Source: Candidatus Aminicenantes bacterium
GTDB taxonomy: Bacteria > Acidobacteriota > Aminicenantia > Aminicenantales > JAFGAV01
Direction of reading: 5' to 3'
Assembly (NCBI GenBank): GCA_963705895.1
Contig: OY970122.1
Coordinates: forward strand, 3,178,383 to 3,242,382
DNA: 64,000 bases
The position numbers and the translations under genes were made by a program. This document shows, piece by piece, positions 9,806-23,760 of this stretch. Position 1 is the stretch's first letter, and every line of letters begins with the position of its first letter. The notes under the pieces are model-generated. The model did not search any database and had not been told where the DNA came from. It was given only the letters and a program-made list of their open reading frames with translations.

Positions 9806-10951
9806 ATGAATTTTTACAATCCGACCCGCATCGTTTTCGGCTCGGGCGCGGTGCGGCAGATCAAGGCCGAGGCGGAACGAGCCGGCGGCGATGACCGGCC
9901 CCTGCTTATCACCGATAAGGGCCTGGCGGCCGCGGGGCTGGTGGACAAGATCCTGTCCGAGTTTCCCCGGGCCCTGGTGTTCGACGAGGTCGAAAGCAAC
10001 CCCCGGCACACGACCGTCAACCGAGCGGGAGAGTTGGCCCGGTCGATGGCGCCCAAGCTGGTGATCGGGCTCGGAGGCGGGAGCGTCTTGGACGCGGCTA
10101 AAGCCGTAGCCCTGCTCGGGCGAAACCCGGGCGGCATCGAGGACTACGAAGGCCGGGCCCGATACGGGGAGACGCCTCTGCCCGTGCTGGCCGTGCCCAC
10201 CACATGCGGGACGGGGAGCGAGGTGACCTGGGTCGCGGTCATCACCCATGTCGAACGAAAATTCAAGATGAGCATCAAAGGCCCGGCCATGTATCCCGCA
10301 GCGGCGGTCGTCGACCCGGACCTCATCCGGAGCCTGCCCCCGCACCTCGTGGCGTCGACGGGAATGGACGCGTTGACCCATGCGATCGAAGCCTACACCG
10401 TCAAGCCGGCCACGATCTTCACCGACATGTTCGCCCGCGAAGCCGTGCGGCTCATCCTGAGCTCGATCACGGGCGCCTACGCCGACATCAAGGCCAACTC
10501 GGAACCTCGGGAGAGGCTGATGCTGGGGAGCCTCGTCGCCGGCCTGGCCTTCGGCAATTCGGACGTGGGCGCAGTCCATTGTCTGGCCGAATCCCTGGGT
10601 TCGCTGTTCGACACTCCCCACGGCGTGGCCAACGCGGTTTTTCTCCCTTACGTCATGGAGTTCAACCTCCCTGCGGCGGCCTCGCGGTATGCCGACCTAG
10701 CCCGTTTGGCGGGGATGGACGACGAGGACGACCGCCGGACGGCGCAAAAGCTCATCAGCCGGGTCAAGGACCTCTCCCGCCAGCTCGGGCTCCCCTCGTT
10801 CAAGAACCTTAACGTTCCCGAAGGCTCCTACCAGGAGCTCGCGGAGAAATCTTTCGCCAACAACTCGAACCCCTCGAACGCCCGCGAGGTGTCGACGCCC
10901 GACTACTTGACGATCATTCGCAAAGCGGCCCGGAACGATTCGATCAAATAG
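9806..10951 (+). CDS. Iron-containing alcohol dehydrogenase
   Basis: GLGGGSVLDAAK, PTTCGTGSEVT, GMDALTHAIE, AVHCLAE, PHGVANA. Confidence 0.93.
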   Translation: MNFYNPTRIVFGSGAVRQIKAEAERAGGDDRPLLITDKGLAAAGLVDKILSEFPRALVFDEVESNPRHTTVNRAGELARSMAPKLVIGLGGGSVLDAAKAVALLGRNPGGIEDYEGRARYGETPLPVLAVPTTCGTGSEVTWVAVITHVERKFKMSIKGPAMYPAAAVVDPDLIRSLPPHLVASTGMDALTHAIEAYTVKPATIFTDMFAREAVRLILSSITGAYADIKANSEPRERLMLGSLVAGLAFGNSDVGAVHCLAESLGSLFDTPHGVANAVFLPYVMEFNLPAAASRYADLARLAGMDDEDDRRTAQKLISRVKDLSRQLGLPSFKNLNVPEGSYQELAEKSFANNSNPSNAREVSTPDYLTIIRKAARNDSIK

Positions 10952-11006
10952 TGGACCGCCGATGGTGAATGATCCAGAGATGAGGGACGCGGCGCGAGTC
11001 CGCGAT

Positions 11007-12002
11007 CTAGAGGTGCAGCTCGACCGTGTCTTCGTCCTCGAGCGCCTGATCGCGGTTGACCATGCTGCCCTGGTATGAGCTGCTGGATTCCCGCCACAGC
11101 CGAGCGTACTTGAGGTTCTGGGCGAAATCCTTGTGCACGGCCCGGGCCATATCCTGGACGGTGCTCCCTCGCTTGAGAGTGAAGGGCTCCTGTTTGTCCG
11201 CCTTCTTGCCCGGCGCCTTGCTGTAAACGCGGATGATGTCGAGCAGGCGAAAGATCCGCCGCTTGAGATCTTCAACCCCGTCTCCGCCGGCCGCGGCAAA
11301 GGGAAGGATCTCCGATCCGCTCGGGAACAGAGTGCGCAATTCTGATAGCCGATCCTGTCCGGGGTCCAGGTCGCTCTTGTTGGCGACGATGAGGCACTTC
11401 TTATGATAGGGAGGGACGGCCTCCGGAACTTCCTTGTCCGGCGCGGCGAGCTCGACCTTCTTCTCCCGGAGCTTTAGAACGATATTCTCAAGATCCGAGG
11501 CCGCGTCCGGAGAGATAACGTCGATGACGACGATGACGGCGTCGGCGATCTTGACCGATTCGGCCAGCCCGGTTTCCATGAAATCTGCGGAAACAGGGGG
11601 CGTATCGATGAGTTGGATGCGAATGTCTTCGAATTTCATCATGAACGGGCCCGGGACCTTGGTCGTGAATGGATAATCGGCCACCTCGGGGTTGGCCCCG
11701 GTGAGAGCCTGGACGAACGAGCTTTTTCCCGAATTCGGGGGGCCAACGACGATGATCTGCCCCGCTCCCGACCGCTCGATAAGATAGGCCGATGCGTGCC
11801 GGGCGACAGCCGACTTCTTGTCCGTCGCGCTTTTTAGCTGGGAAAGCTTTGTTTTGAGCTGGGCTTGAAGCTTTTCCGAGGCCTTGTGCTTGGGGATGAT
11901 AGCCAGAAGCTCCTCATAGATCTCGATCTTTTCCTGAGAAGTCCGAGCCGTTTTGAGCTTCTTTTCGACTTCGAAATATTGAGGGGGGAGGTTGGTCGCC
12001 AT
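11007..12002 (-). CDS. DRG/Rbg-like OBG-family GTPase with C-terminal TGS domain
   Basis: IPKHKASEKL, GPPNSGKS (G1), DYPFTT (G2), DTPP (G3 variant), NKSD (G4); TGS domain IIRVYSK...HKDF...YARLW...LEDEDTVELH. Confidence 0.85.
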   Translation of the reverse strand: MATNLPPQYFEVEKKLKTARTSQEKIEIYEELLAIIPKHKASEKLQAQLKTKLSQLKSATDKKSAVARHASAYLIERSGAGQIIVVGPPNSGKSSFVQALTGANPEVADYPFTTKVPGPFMMKFEDIRIQLIDTPPVSADFMETGLAESVKIADAVIVVIDVISPDAASDLENIVLKLREKKVELAAPDKEVPEAVPPYHKKCLIVANKSDLDPGQDRLSELRTLFPSGSEILPFAAAGGDGVEDLKRRIFRLLDIIRVYSKAPGKKADKQEPFTLKRGSTVQDMARAVHKDFAQNLKYARLWRESSSSYQGSMVNRDQALEDEDTVELHL

Positions 12003-12083
12003 TCATCCTCCTTGAAGACGAATTATAGCTCAATATGTGGGGGATTGCCAAGCCTATCTCCCCTAGATATGCGGAATTTTAGC

Positions 12084-12112
12084 TTTACTCGCCGTGCATT
12101 TTTAGCTATAAT
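12084..12112 (+). promoter_or_regulatory. Sigma70-type promoter for gyrB-gyrA
   Basis: TTTACT-17bp-TATAAT upstream of gyrB. Confidence 0.6.
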
Positions 12113-12128
12113 ACGAACTGGAAATTAA

Positions 12129-14831
<2,703 letters not shown>

Positions 14832-14857
14832 TGGTCTCTGGGAAAAGGACCTGACCG

Positions 14858-17446
<2,589 letters not shown>

Positions 17447-17578
17447 CGGCGACCGACGCGATCGGGCGCGCCCCGCGGCTGACAGGAGAGGTTCCGGCGG
17501 GCTCGATCCCGATAAGCAACTTGACTATTCTCCCTGCGAATTCTAAAATTGAGCCCGCTGAAGAGGATGGAGGGCGTT

Positions 17579-19375
17579 ATGGTTGATACTCTTCCCCAGT
17601 TGTTTCTGAACACGATCAAGACCTTCCCCAAGGACGCCTTGATGCTGTCCAAGAGGGAAGGCCGCTACGTCCCCGTCTCCACCCAGGAATTCGGCGATAT
17701 GGTCCGCCACTTCTGCCTTGGGTTGAAGGAGCTGGGCTTTCAGCCGGGCGACAGGCTCATCATTCTTTCCGAGAACAGGCCGGAATGGGTCGTGGCCGAC
17801 ATGGCCGTTCAGTGCGCCGGAGGGGTCACCGTTCCGGTTTACACCTCGCTCGTCCCCGATCAGATCGCCTACATCATCGAGGATTGCGAAGCCGCCTTCG
17901 TGGTCGTGTCCAACGCCGAACAGTGGAAGAAGATCGAGGCCATCAAGCCCCGGCTGAAGAAGGTTCGTCGCTTCATCACCTTTGCCGCCGAGATGCCCGA
18001 GGACGTCTTCGCTTTTTCGGACGTCGTCCACAAGGGCCAGGAACGGGCTACCCAAAATCCTCTGATCTTCGATAAGGAGGCTCTGGCCGTCCAGCCGGGC
18101 GACGTGGCCTCCATCATCTACACTTCCGGGACCACGGGCGTGCCCAAGGGCGTCATCCTGACTCATCGCAATTTTGTGAGCAACGTCAAGGCCGCCGTGG
18201 AGATCCACTATTTATCCGTGGAGGACACCGTGCTCTCCTTCCTGCCTCTGTCCCACGTCCTGGAACGGATGATAATGTTCACTTATATCTTCAGGGGATG
18301 CACCATCGCCTTCGCCGAGAGCGTTGAGACCGTGGCCGACAACCTCATCGAGGTCCGGCCGACGATCATGGTCAGCGTGCCCCGTGTCTTTGAGAAGTTC
18401 TACTCCAAGGTGATCGATACCGTCCTGGCCGGTTCGGCCGTCAAGCGTCACATATTTTTCTGGGCCCTGAAGGTCGGCCGCGAATACGGACGTCTCACCC
18501 TGGCCAAGGAGCCGACCAGCCGCTCCCTGAGATTCCGCCATCGGCTGGCCAACAAACTCGTGTTTTCCAAGATCGTGGAAAAAACGGGCGGCCGGATCCG
18601 CTTCTTCGTCTCGGGCGGAGCGCCCCTGTCCAAGGATATCGCCGAGTTCTTCTACGCCATGGGCCTGAACATCATGGAGGGCTACGGATTGACCGAGACC
18701 TCGCCGATCATCGCCGCCAACACCTTCGAGAACCTGAGGTTCGGCACCGTGGGCAAGCCTATCCCCGGCGTCCAGGTCCAGATCGCGGCGGACGGCGAGA
18801 TCCTCAGCCGGGGGCCGAACGTCATGAAGGGGTACTACAAGAAGGAAGCCGAGACCCGAGAGGCCTTCGCCGGAGGATGGTTCCACACGGGCGATATCGG
18901 CCACTTCGACGCGGACGGCTTTCTGGTCATCACCGACCGGAAAAAGGACATCATCGTCACGGCCGGAGGGAAGAACATCGCTCCCCAGCCCATTGAAAAC
19001 GCTCTCAAGACGAGCCCTTATATCTCCAATGCCATGGTCGTGGGCGACCGCCGGAGGTTCCTCGTGGCCCTGATCGTCCCCAATTTCGAAAAGCTGGAGG
19101 TCGTGGCCCGCCAGAAGGGGATCGTCCACCAAGGCCCGTCCGACCTGGTCAGGACGGACGAGATCCAGGAGCTGATGGCGGCCGAGGTGGAGCGGGCGAC
19201 CCCCGGGTTGGCGCCCTACGAGAAGATCAAAAGGTTCTTGCTCCTCGACCGCGACTTCGAGATCGAAAAGGAAGAGATCACCCCGACCCTCAAGGTCAAG
19301 CGGAACATCATCGAGCAGAAGTACCGGGACCTGATCGACGCCCTCTACAAGGAAGACACGGAAAACAAGTTCTAG
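17579..19375 (+). CDS. Long-chain fatty acid--CoA ligase (AMP-binding)
   Basis: IYTSGTTGVPKG, EGYGLTE, TGDIG, DRKKD, TPTLKVKR; promoter TTGACT-17-TAAAAT at 17521-17549. Confidence 0.92.
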   Translation: MVDTLPQLFLNTIKTFPKDALMLSKREGRYVPVSTQEFGDMVRHFCLGLKELGFQPGDRLIILSENRPEWVVADMAVQCAGGVTVPVYTSLVPDQIAYIIEDCEAAFVVVSNAEQWKKIEAIKPRLKKVRRFITFAAEMPEDVFAFSDVVHKGQERATQNPLIFDKEALAVQPGDVASIIYTSGTTGVPKGVILTHRNFVSNVKAAVEIHYLSVEDTVLSFLPLSHVLERMIMFTYIFRGCTIAFAESVETVADNLIEVRPTIMVSVPRVFEKFYSKVIDTVLAGSAVKRHIFFWALKVGREYGRLTLAKEPTSRSLRFRHRLANKLVFSKIVEKTGGRIRFFVSGGAPLSKDIAEFFYAMGLNIMEGYGLTETSPIIAANTFENLRFGTVGKPIPGVQVQIAADGEILSRGPNVMKGYYKKEAETREAFAGGWFHTGDIGHFDADGFLVITDRKKDIIVTAGGKNIAPQPIENALKTSPYISNAMVVGDRRRFLVALIVPNFEKLEVVARQKGIVHQGPSDLVRTDEIQELMAAEVERATPGLAPYEKIKRFLLLDRDFEIEKEEITPTLKVKRNIIEQKYRDLIDALYKEDTENKF

Positions 19376-19656
19376 CCGGTCTGCGGCGTCTTGCTACGTT
19401 TCACCCCCGAGATAACATCCGGATTTCTTCGCGCGGGAGGGATTCGGACAGAACGCGGAACCCTCGAATGGTCTTGGATAAAATGATGAAGGAACGAAAC
19501 CCAAACAGGCCGGGGAAAGAGAAAGAGAACGTCCGCCGGCTGTCCTTCCGGGCCGCCGGCGGACCGAATAAGGCTGTAGAAAGAGTCCGCAACTCTCGGC
19601 GGCTTCGGCACCGCTCCCCGCGGGACTGGATTTGCGCAACATCAAGAAGGAGCGGC

Positions 19657-19877
19657 GAGATCCCCACGCTGCGCTCGGGACGACCTTCCAGGTCGGATAG
19701 CTGCGTGGAGCCCGCCACGCCTCGTCTAAATTCGAGGCTCGCGGCTTCGGCCTCGGCTTTCGCAACGCCCTGCCGGTCTACAAAGTCGCTGTCCGAGGCA
19801 GGCCGCGAATATCGGCGGCTTCGGGGAGATTGCCGCGTCGCTTCGCTCCTCGCAATGACCTGCCGGTCTACAAAGTC
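19657..19877. repeat. Cluster of REP-like palindromic units plus a 19-bp direct repeat between convergent genes
   Basis: GAGATCCCCACGCTGCGCTCGGGACGACC (19657-19685); GAGATTGCCGCGTCGCTTCGCTCCTCGCAATGAC (19826-19859); CCTGCCGGTCTACAAAGTC at 19769 and 19859. Related copies at ~21777, ~57800 and ~59733. Confidence 0.7.
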
Positions 19878-19880
19878 CTT

Positions 19881-20609
19881 TTATTTAATGTCGATCTCGC
19901 CCTTGGTCCGTTCCCGGCGCTTCTGTTCCATGGCGTCCCATTTCTTCATGCAGGAAGCGTCCTTGCCGTTGACCAGGGAGCATTCGAGATATTCCGAGAT
20001 GTAGATGATGCAGGCCCGGATAGCCTTGCCGGCCGGGGTCCTCTTATAATCACTGCCGGCGATGGAGAAGTTGCCGACGCTGACTCCGCCGCCGAGGCCC
20101 AGCCCGCCGGATTCGGCCTCGATCGTCCGGGTGTCGACGATCTCGCCGGTGTCGGTATCGACCACCTTCAGGTCGACGGCGATGTAAGTCTTGTCCTTCT
20201 TGCCGCCGAGGCTGATCCCGCCCAGGCTGATGCCGCCGCCCGTTTCGTGAACCTGCTCTTCATAGGCCGAGACCGTTCCGGCCACGAGATACTTGGCCCC
20301 CTTGATCTGGCCCATCTTGGCCTTGGTCGCGGCGCTAACCCGGCCGGTTTGCCCGAGGTCCTGTTCGCCCATGACGGCGTCAATCTCTTTTCTTTCCAGG
20401 ACCTGGAAGGCGCGCGTGCTGCTCAGCTCCGAGGCGAGCATGTCGCTCAGTTCATCGCCCACGGAGGCGCTCCACCATCCGGCCGAAGTGTGATTGGTGA
20501 ACCGCAGGACCCCCAGTCGAGGCTTCTCGTCCTCCGCCGTCCCGGCAAAGACGGACAAGGCCACGGCCAGCACTACGATTACGAATACTAAAACCCAGAT
20601 CTTTTTCAT
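19881..20609 (-). CDS. CsgG/HfaB-family exported protein
   Basis: Signal peptide; LGVLRF, FQVLERKEIDAVMGEQDL, GAKYLVAGTV, VDLKVVDTDTGEIV. Confidence 0.8.
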   Translation of the reverse strand: MKKIWVLVFVIVVLAVALSVFAGTAEDEKPRLGVLRFTNHTSAGWWSASVGDELSDMLASELSSTRAFQVLERKEIDAVMGEQDLGQTGRVSAATKAKMGQIKGAKYLVAGTVSAYEEQVHETGGGISLGGISLGGKKDKTYIAVDLKVVDTDTGEIVDTRTIEAESGGLGLGGGVSVGNFSIAGSDYKRTPAGKAIRACIIYISEYLECSLVNGKDASCMKKWDAMEQKRRERTKGEIDIK

Positions 20610-20727
20610 GGATCCTCCTTGTTTGAACCTTCATGCTAATACAACTCCCGGCAATTTTCAATGACTTCCGGAATCGGGGCCTGGGGGCAAGGGGGGGCGG
20701 CGGGGATTGAACGGCGGGAAGGAAGCC

Positions 20728-21477
20728 TCAGCCCTCGGGGGCATCGGCCTTTTGCCGACCGGCCTGGTCTTTGTCCGCGACGCGGTAAAGGATCCGGCCG
20801 CAATTCTCGCAGATGATGAGTTTGTCCTTCTCCAGGAGCTCATTGAGCATCTGGGGCCGGACTCGCATGTGGCACAGGGCGCAGAAGTCGCCCTTGATGA
20901 GCGATAAGGCGATGCCGCCTTTCTTGCGGATGATCCTTTGGTAAAGAGCCAGTTGGTCGGCCGCGATCTCGGGCAGGAGAGCGTCCTTATCCCGGTTGAG
21001 AGCCTGGAGCCGGGTCTCGGCCTCCGCCTTTTTTTGGAAAAGAGCCTCCTTTTCCGATTCCAGCACCTTTTTCTCTTTGGCCTGCACGTCCAGCGCGGCC
21101 TTAATCTCGAACTCGATGTCGTCGGCCCGGAGCATTTCCTGGATGATGGTCTCCTCGAGATCATCGATACGGTGCTGATCGTCCTCGATCTCTTTGAGCA
21201 GGGCGCCGTACTCCTTGTTACTCTTGACCTGGCTCTGCTGGGACTTGTGCTTGGTGATGCGGACTTTGATGTCTTTGACCTCGGATTCGAGCTCCCGGCG
21301 ATTCTTCTGGTTGGCGGCCAGCTTGTCCTTGGCCTGAGCCACAGTTTGGGAGCCGGAGGTGATCTTCTGGTTGATGGTTTCGGTCTGGGAGGGGATGCTG
21401 TCGAGAAGCGACTGCGCCTCGCGGATCTCCAGATCCAGCGCTTGAAGGCGTATCAGCCTCTCGAAGTCGATCTCCAC
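20728..21477 (-). CDS. Coiled-coil C4 zinc-ribbon protein (COG1579, HP0958/CT398-like)
   Basis: LIRLQALD start, long coiled coil, CALCHM...CENCGRILY; typically found downstream of rpoD. Confidence 0.88.
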   Translation of the reverse strand: MEIDFERLIRLQALDLEIREAQSLLDSIPSQTETINQKITSGSQTVAQAKDKLAANQKNRRELESEVKDIKVRITKHKSQQSQVKSNKEYGALLKEIEDDQHRIDDLEETIIQEMLRADDIEFEIKAALDVQAKEKKVLESEKEALFQKKAEAETRLQALNRDKDALLPEIAADQLALYQRIIRKKGGIALSLIKGDFCALCHMRVRPQMLNELLEKDKLIICENCGRILYRVADKDQAGRQKADAPEG

Positions 21478-21496
21478 ATCTTTCCTCCCGGTTGAA

Positions 21497-21568
21497 TGGG
21501 CCTACCAGGATTCGAACCTGGGACCTACCGGTTATGAGCCGGCGGCTCTACCGCTGAGCTATAGGCCC
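21497..21568 (-). tRNA. tRNA with CAT anticodon, most likely tRNA-Ile2 (lysidine); CCA not encoded
   Basis: GGGCCTA-TA-GCTCAGCGGTAGAGC-C-GCCGG CTCATAA CCGGT-AGGTC-CCAGG TTCGAAT CCTGG-TAGGCCC-A. The G1-C72 pair argues against fMet; Ile-like acceptor stem; upstream TTGACT-17-TATAAG. Confidence 0.92.
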
Positions 21569-21776
21569 TCACACTTATAGCAATTCCCGGCGAATAAGTC
21601 AATTAACGGGGAAGGCCGGAAGAATCATATAATGGGTGATATAGGCTCCGTTCGAATGGCCTCGAAACACGTTCGCCGTCTCAGTGAGCCGTCTCACTGC
21701 GACTCCGTCTTCGCTCTCCTTGGTCTGTGCCCGATTTCCGCGCGGCGCCAACAAGAAGAACTAAATGGGGCTGTCG

Positions 21777-21812
21777 GGAGATTGCCACGTCGCTCCGCTC
21801 CTCGCAACGCCC
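21777..21812. repeat. REP-like palindromic unit
   Basis: GGAGATTGCCACGTCGCTCCGCTCCTCGCAACGCCC is nearly identical to the copy at ~19825. Confidence 0.7.
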
Positions 21813-22063
21813 GCTCAGCCTCCGTACGCGTTTCTCAACCATCCGACCCGAGCCCATTGATGCCGGAAACAGCCGCTTACGGAAAAAGGGAAGGGAGACT
21901 GCCGGTACGATGGTGTTAAGTTTGGCTTATACGCGCTAGGGCGTTCGCTGAGCCATCGTATCCGTCCTCATAGCGGGGAATTCGATACGTGCGAGCGGGC
22001 CGAAAACAGCGATCTGGGGTTTAAACCGTCATATTCATAAATATGCCGCCTTCGCGGGCCGGA

Positions 22064-23686
22064 TCAGAAACCGTTGGTGAAGGACCGGAGCTTGCGGCTG
22101 CGGCTGGGATGCTTCAGCTTGCGGAGGGCCTTGGCCTCGATCTGCCGGATGCGCTCGCGGGTGACCTTGAACTGCTGACCGACCTCCTCCAGAGTGTGTT
22201 CGTTGCCGTCACCCAAGCCGAAGCGCATCTTGAGGACCTTGGCTTCGCGCTCGGTCAGCGACTTCAGGGCTTCTTCGATCTGCTCCCGGAGGTTGATGTG
22301 GATGACCGTGTCCGGAGGCGAGGGTATGACCTTGTCCTCGATGAAGTCGCCCAGGTGGCTGTCCTCTTCCTCGCCGATGGGGGTCTCGAGAGAGATGGGC
22401 TCCTGGGCGATCTTGATGATTTTCCGCACCTTGTTGACCGGCATGTCCATCTTCCGGGCGATCTCTTCGCTCGTCGGCTCGCGGCCGATCTCCTGGACCA
22501 GACTGCGCGAGACACGGATGAGTTTGTTGATGGTCTCGATCATGTGGACCGGGATGCGAATGGTGCGGGCCTGATCGGCGATGGCGCGGGTGATGGCCTG
22601 CCGGATCCACCAGGTCGCGTATGTTGAGAACTTGTACCCGCGGCGGTACTCGAACTTATCCACGGCCTTCATCAAGCCCATGTTGCCCTCCTGGATGAGG
22701 TCCAGGAACTGGAGGCCGCGGTTGCTGTACTTCTTGGCGATGGACACGACCAGGCGGAGGTTGGCTGCGACGAGCTCTTTCTTGGCCTGGTCCGAGACCT
22801 TCTTGCCAGCCTGGATCGTGCGCAGGATCTTCCGCAGGCTGGGCGCGTCGAGGCCGATCTCCTTCTGCTGAACACGCAGGGTCCTGTTGAGCTCCCGGAT
22901 CTTGACGTCCAGGGCGGCCCGGTTGGTCTTGCTTCGGCTGTGGGCGTGGGCCCGTCTGGCTTCGTCCAGGGCGTCCTCGAGCTTGTTGATGTCGACCAGC
23001 TTGCGCCGCAGGGTGCTGATGATCTTCTCCCGCTGGTTGCTGCGGATGTTGAGTTCGCGGATGAGGTTGCTCATGACCACGATGATCCGGCCCCGGGAGA
23101 TGAAATATTTCTGGCGGTTGGAGATCTTGGCCAGCTTGGCGCTCAGGTCGCGGATCCTCTTGATCTTGGCCAGGATCTGCTTCTTCTTCTCATCGAGCCT
23201 GCCCTCGGCGATCTCTTCTTCATTGACGTCGAACATCTCCAGGATGACGTTCGGGTTTTCCTTGATGCGGCTCTCCAGGGCCAAGACCTCGTTCAGGACG
23301 AGGCGCGTCTTGGACAGGGCTTTGATGATGGACTTTTCCCCGCGCTCGATGTCCTTGGCGATAGCGATCTCGCCCTCACGGGTGAGGAGGGAGATGTTGC
23401 CCATTTCGCGCAGGTAGAGCTTGACTGGGTCAGTGGTCCGTTCGAGGCCCTGGGTGGAGACGACGTCGGGCTTTCGCCGGGGCGCGGGTTGCTCCTTTTG
23501 CTTGGCGTCCAGGATCTTGATGCCGTAGCCGTCGATGGAGGTCAGGAATTCGTTGAAGTCCTCGCCGGAATCCATCTCGTTCTGGAACGTTTTGTCAATC
23601 TCCTCGAAGAGCAGATAGCCCTGCTTCCGGCCTTTGGAGATCAGCTCTTGATACTCGCCCTTATGGGATTTGACATCAGTTGGCAA
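22064..23686 (-). CDS. rpoD: Primary RNA polymerase sigma factor RpoD
   Basis: [63 protein letters not shown]; TTG start with AAGGAG RBS. Confidence 0.97.
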   Translation of the reverse strand: MPTDVKSHKGEYQELISKGRKQGYLLFEEIDKTFQNEMDSGEDFNEFLTSIDGYGIKILDAKQKEQPAPRRKPDVVSTQGLERTTDPVKLYLREMGNISLLTREGEIAIAKDIERGEKSIIKALSKTRLVLNEVLALESRIKENPNVILEMFDVNEEEIAEGRLDEKKKQILAKIKRIRDLSAKLAKISNRQKYFISRGRIIVVMSNLIRELNIRSNQREKIISTLRRKLVDINKLEDALDEARRAHAHSRSKTNRAALDVKIRELNRTLRVQQKEIGLDAPSLRKILRTIQAGKKVSDQAKKELVAANLRLVVSIAKKYSNRGLQFLDLIQEGNMGLMKAVDKFEYRRGYKFSTYATWWIRQAITRAIADQARTIRIPVHMIETINKLIRVSRSLVQEIGREPTSEEIARKMDMPVNKVRKIIKIAQEPISLETPIGEEEDSHLGDFIEDKVIPSPPDTVIHINLREQIEEALKSLTEREAKVLKMRFGLGDGNEHTLEEVGQQFKVTRERIRQIEAKALRKLKHPSRSRKLRSFTNGF

Positions 23687-23760
23687 AGGGTTCTCCTTGG
23701 GAGGCCCGAAAGCCTCTATCGATAACGCTGCGGTCGTTCATTTCGTTCCTTGGCTCCTGC

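Noticed and set aside
19741-19877. CRISPR array from the 19-bp direct repeats
   Set aside because: Only two copies, the spacer is itself a REP-like unit, and there are no cas genes.
21497-22063. Integrative element at the tRNA gene
   Set aside because: No integrase and no duplicated tRNA 3' end seen; only a REP-like unit.
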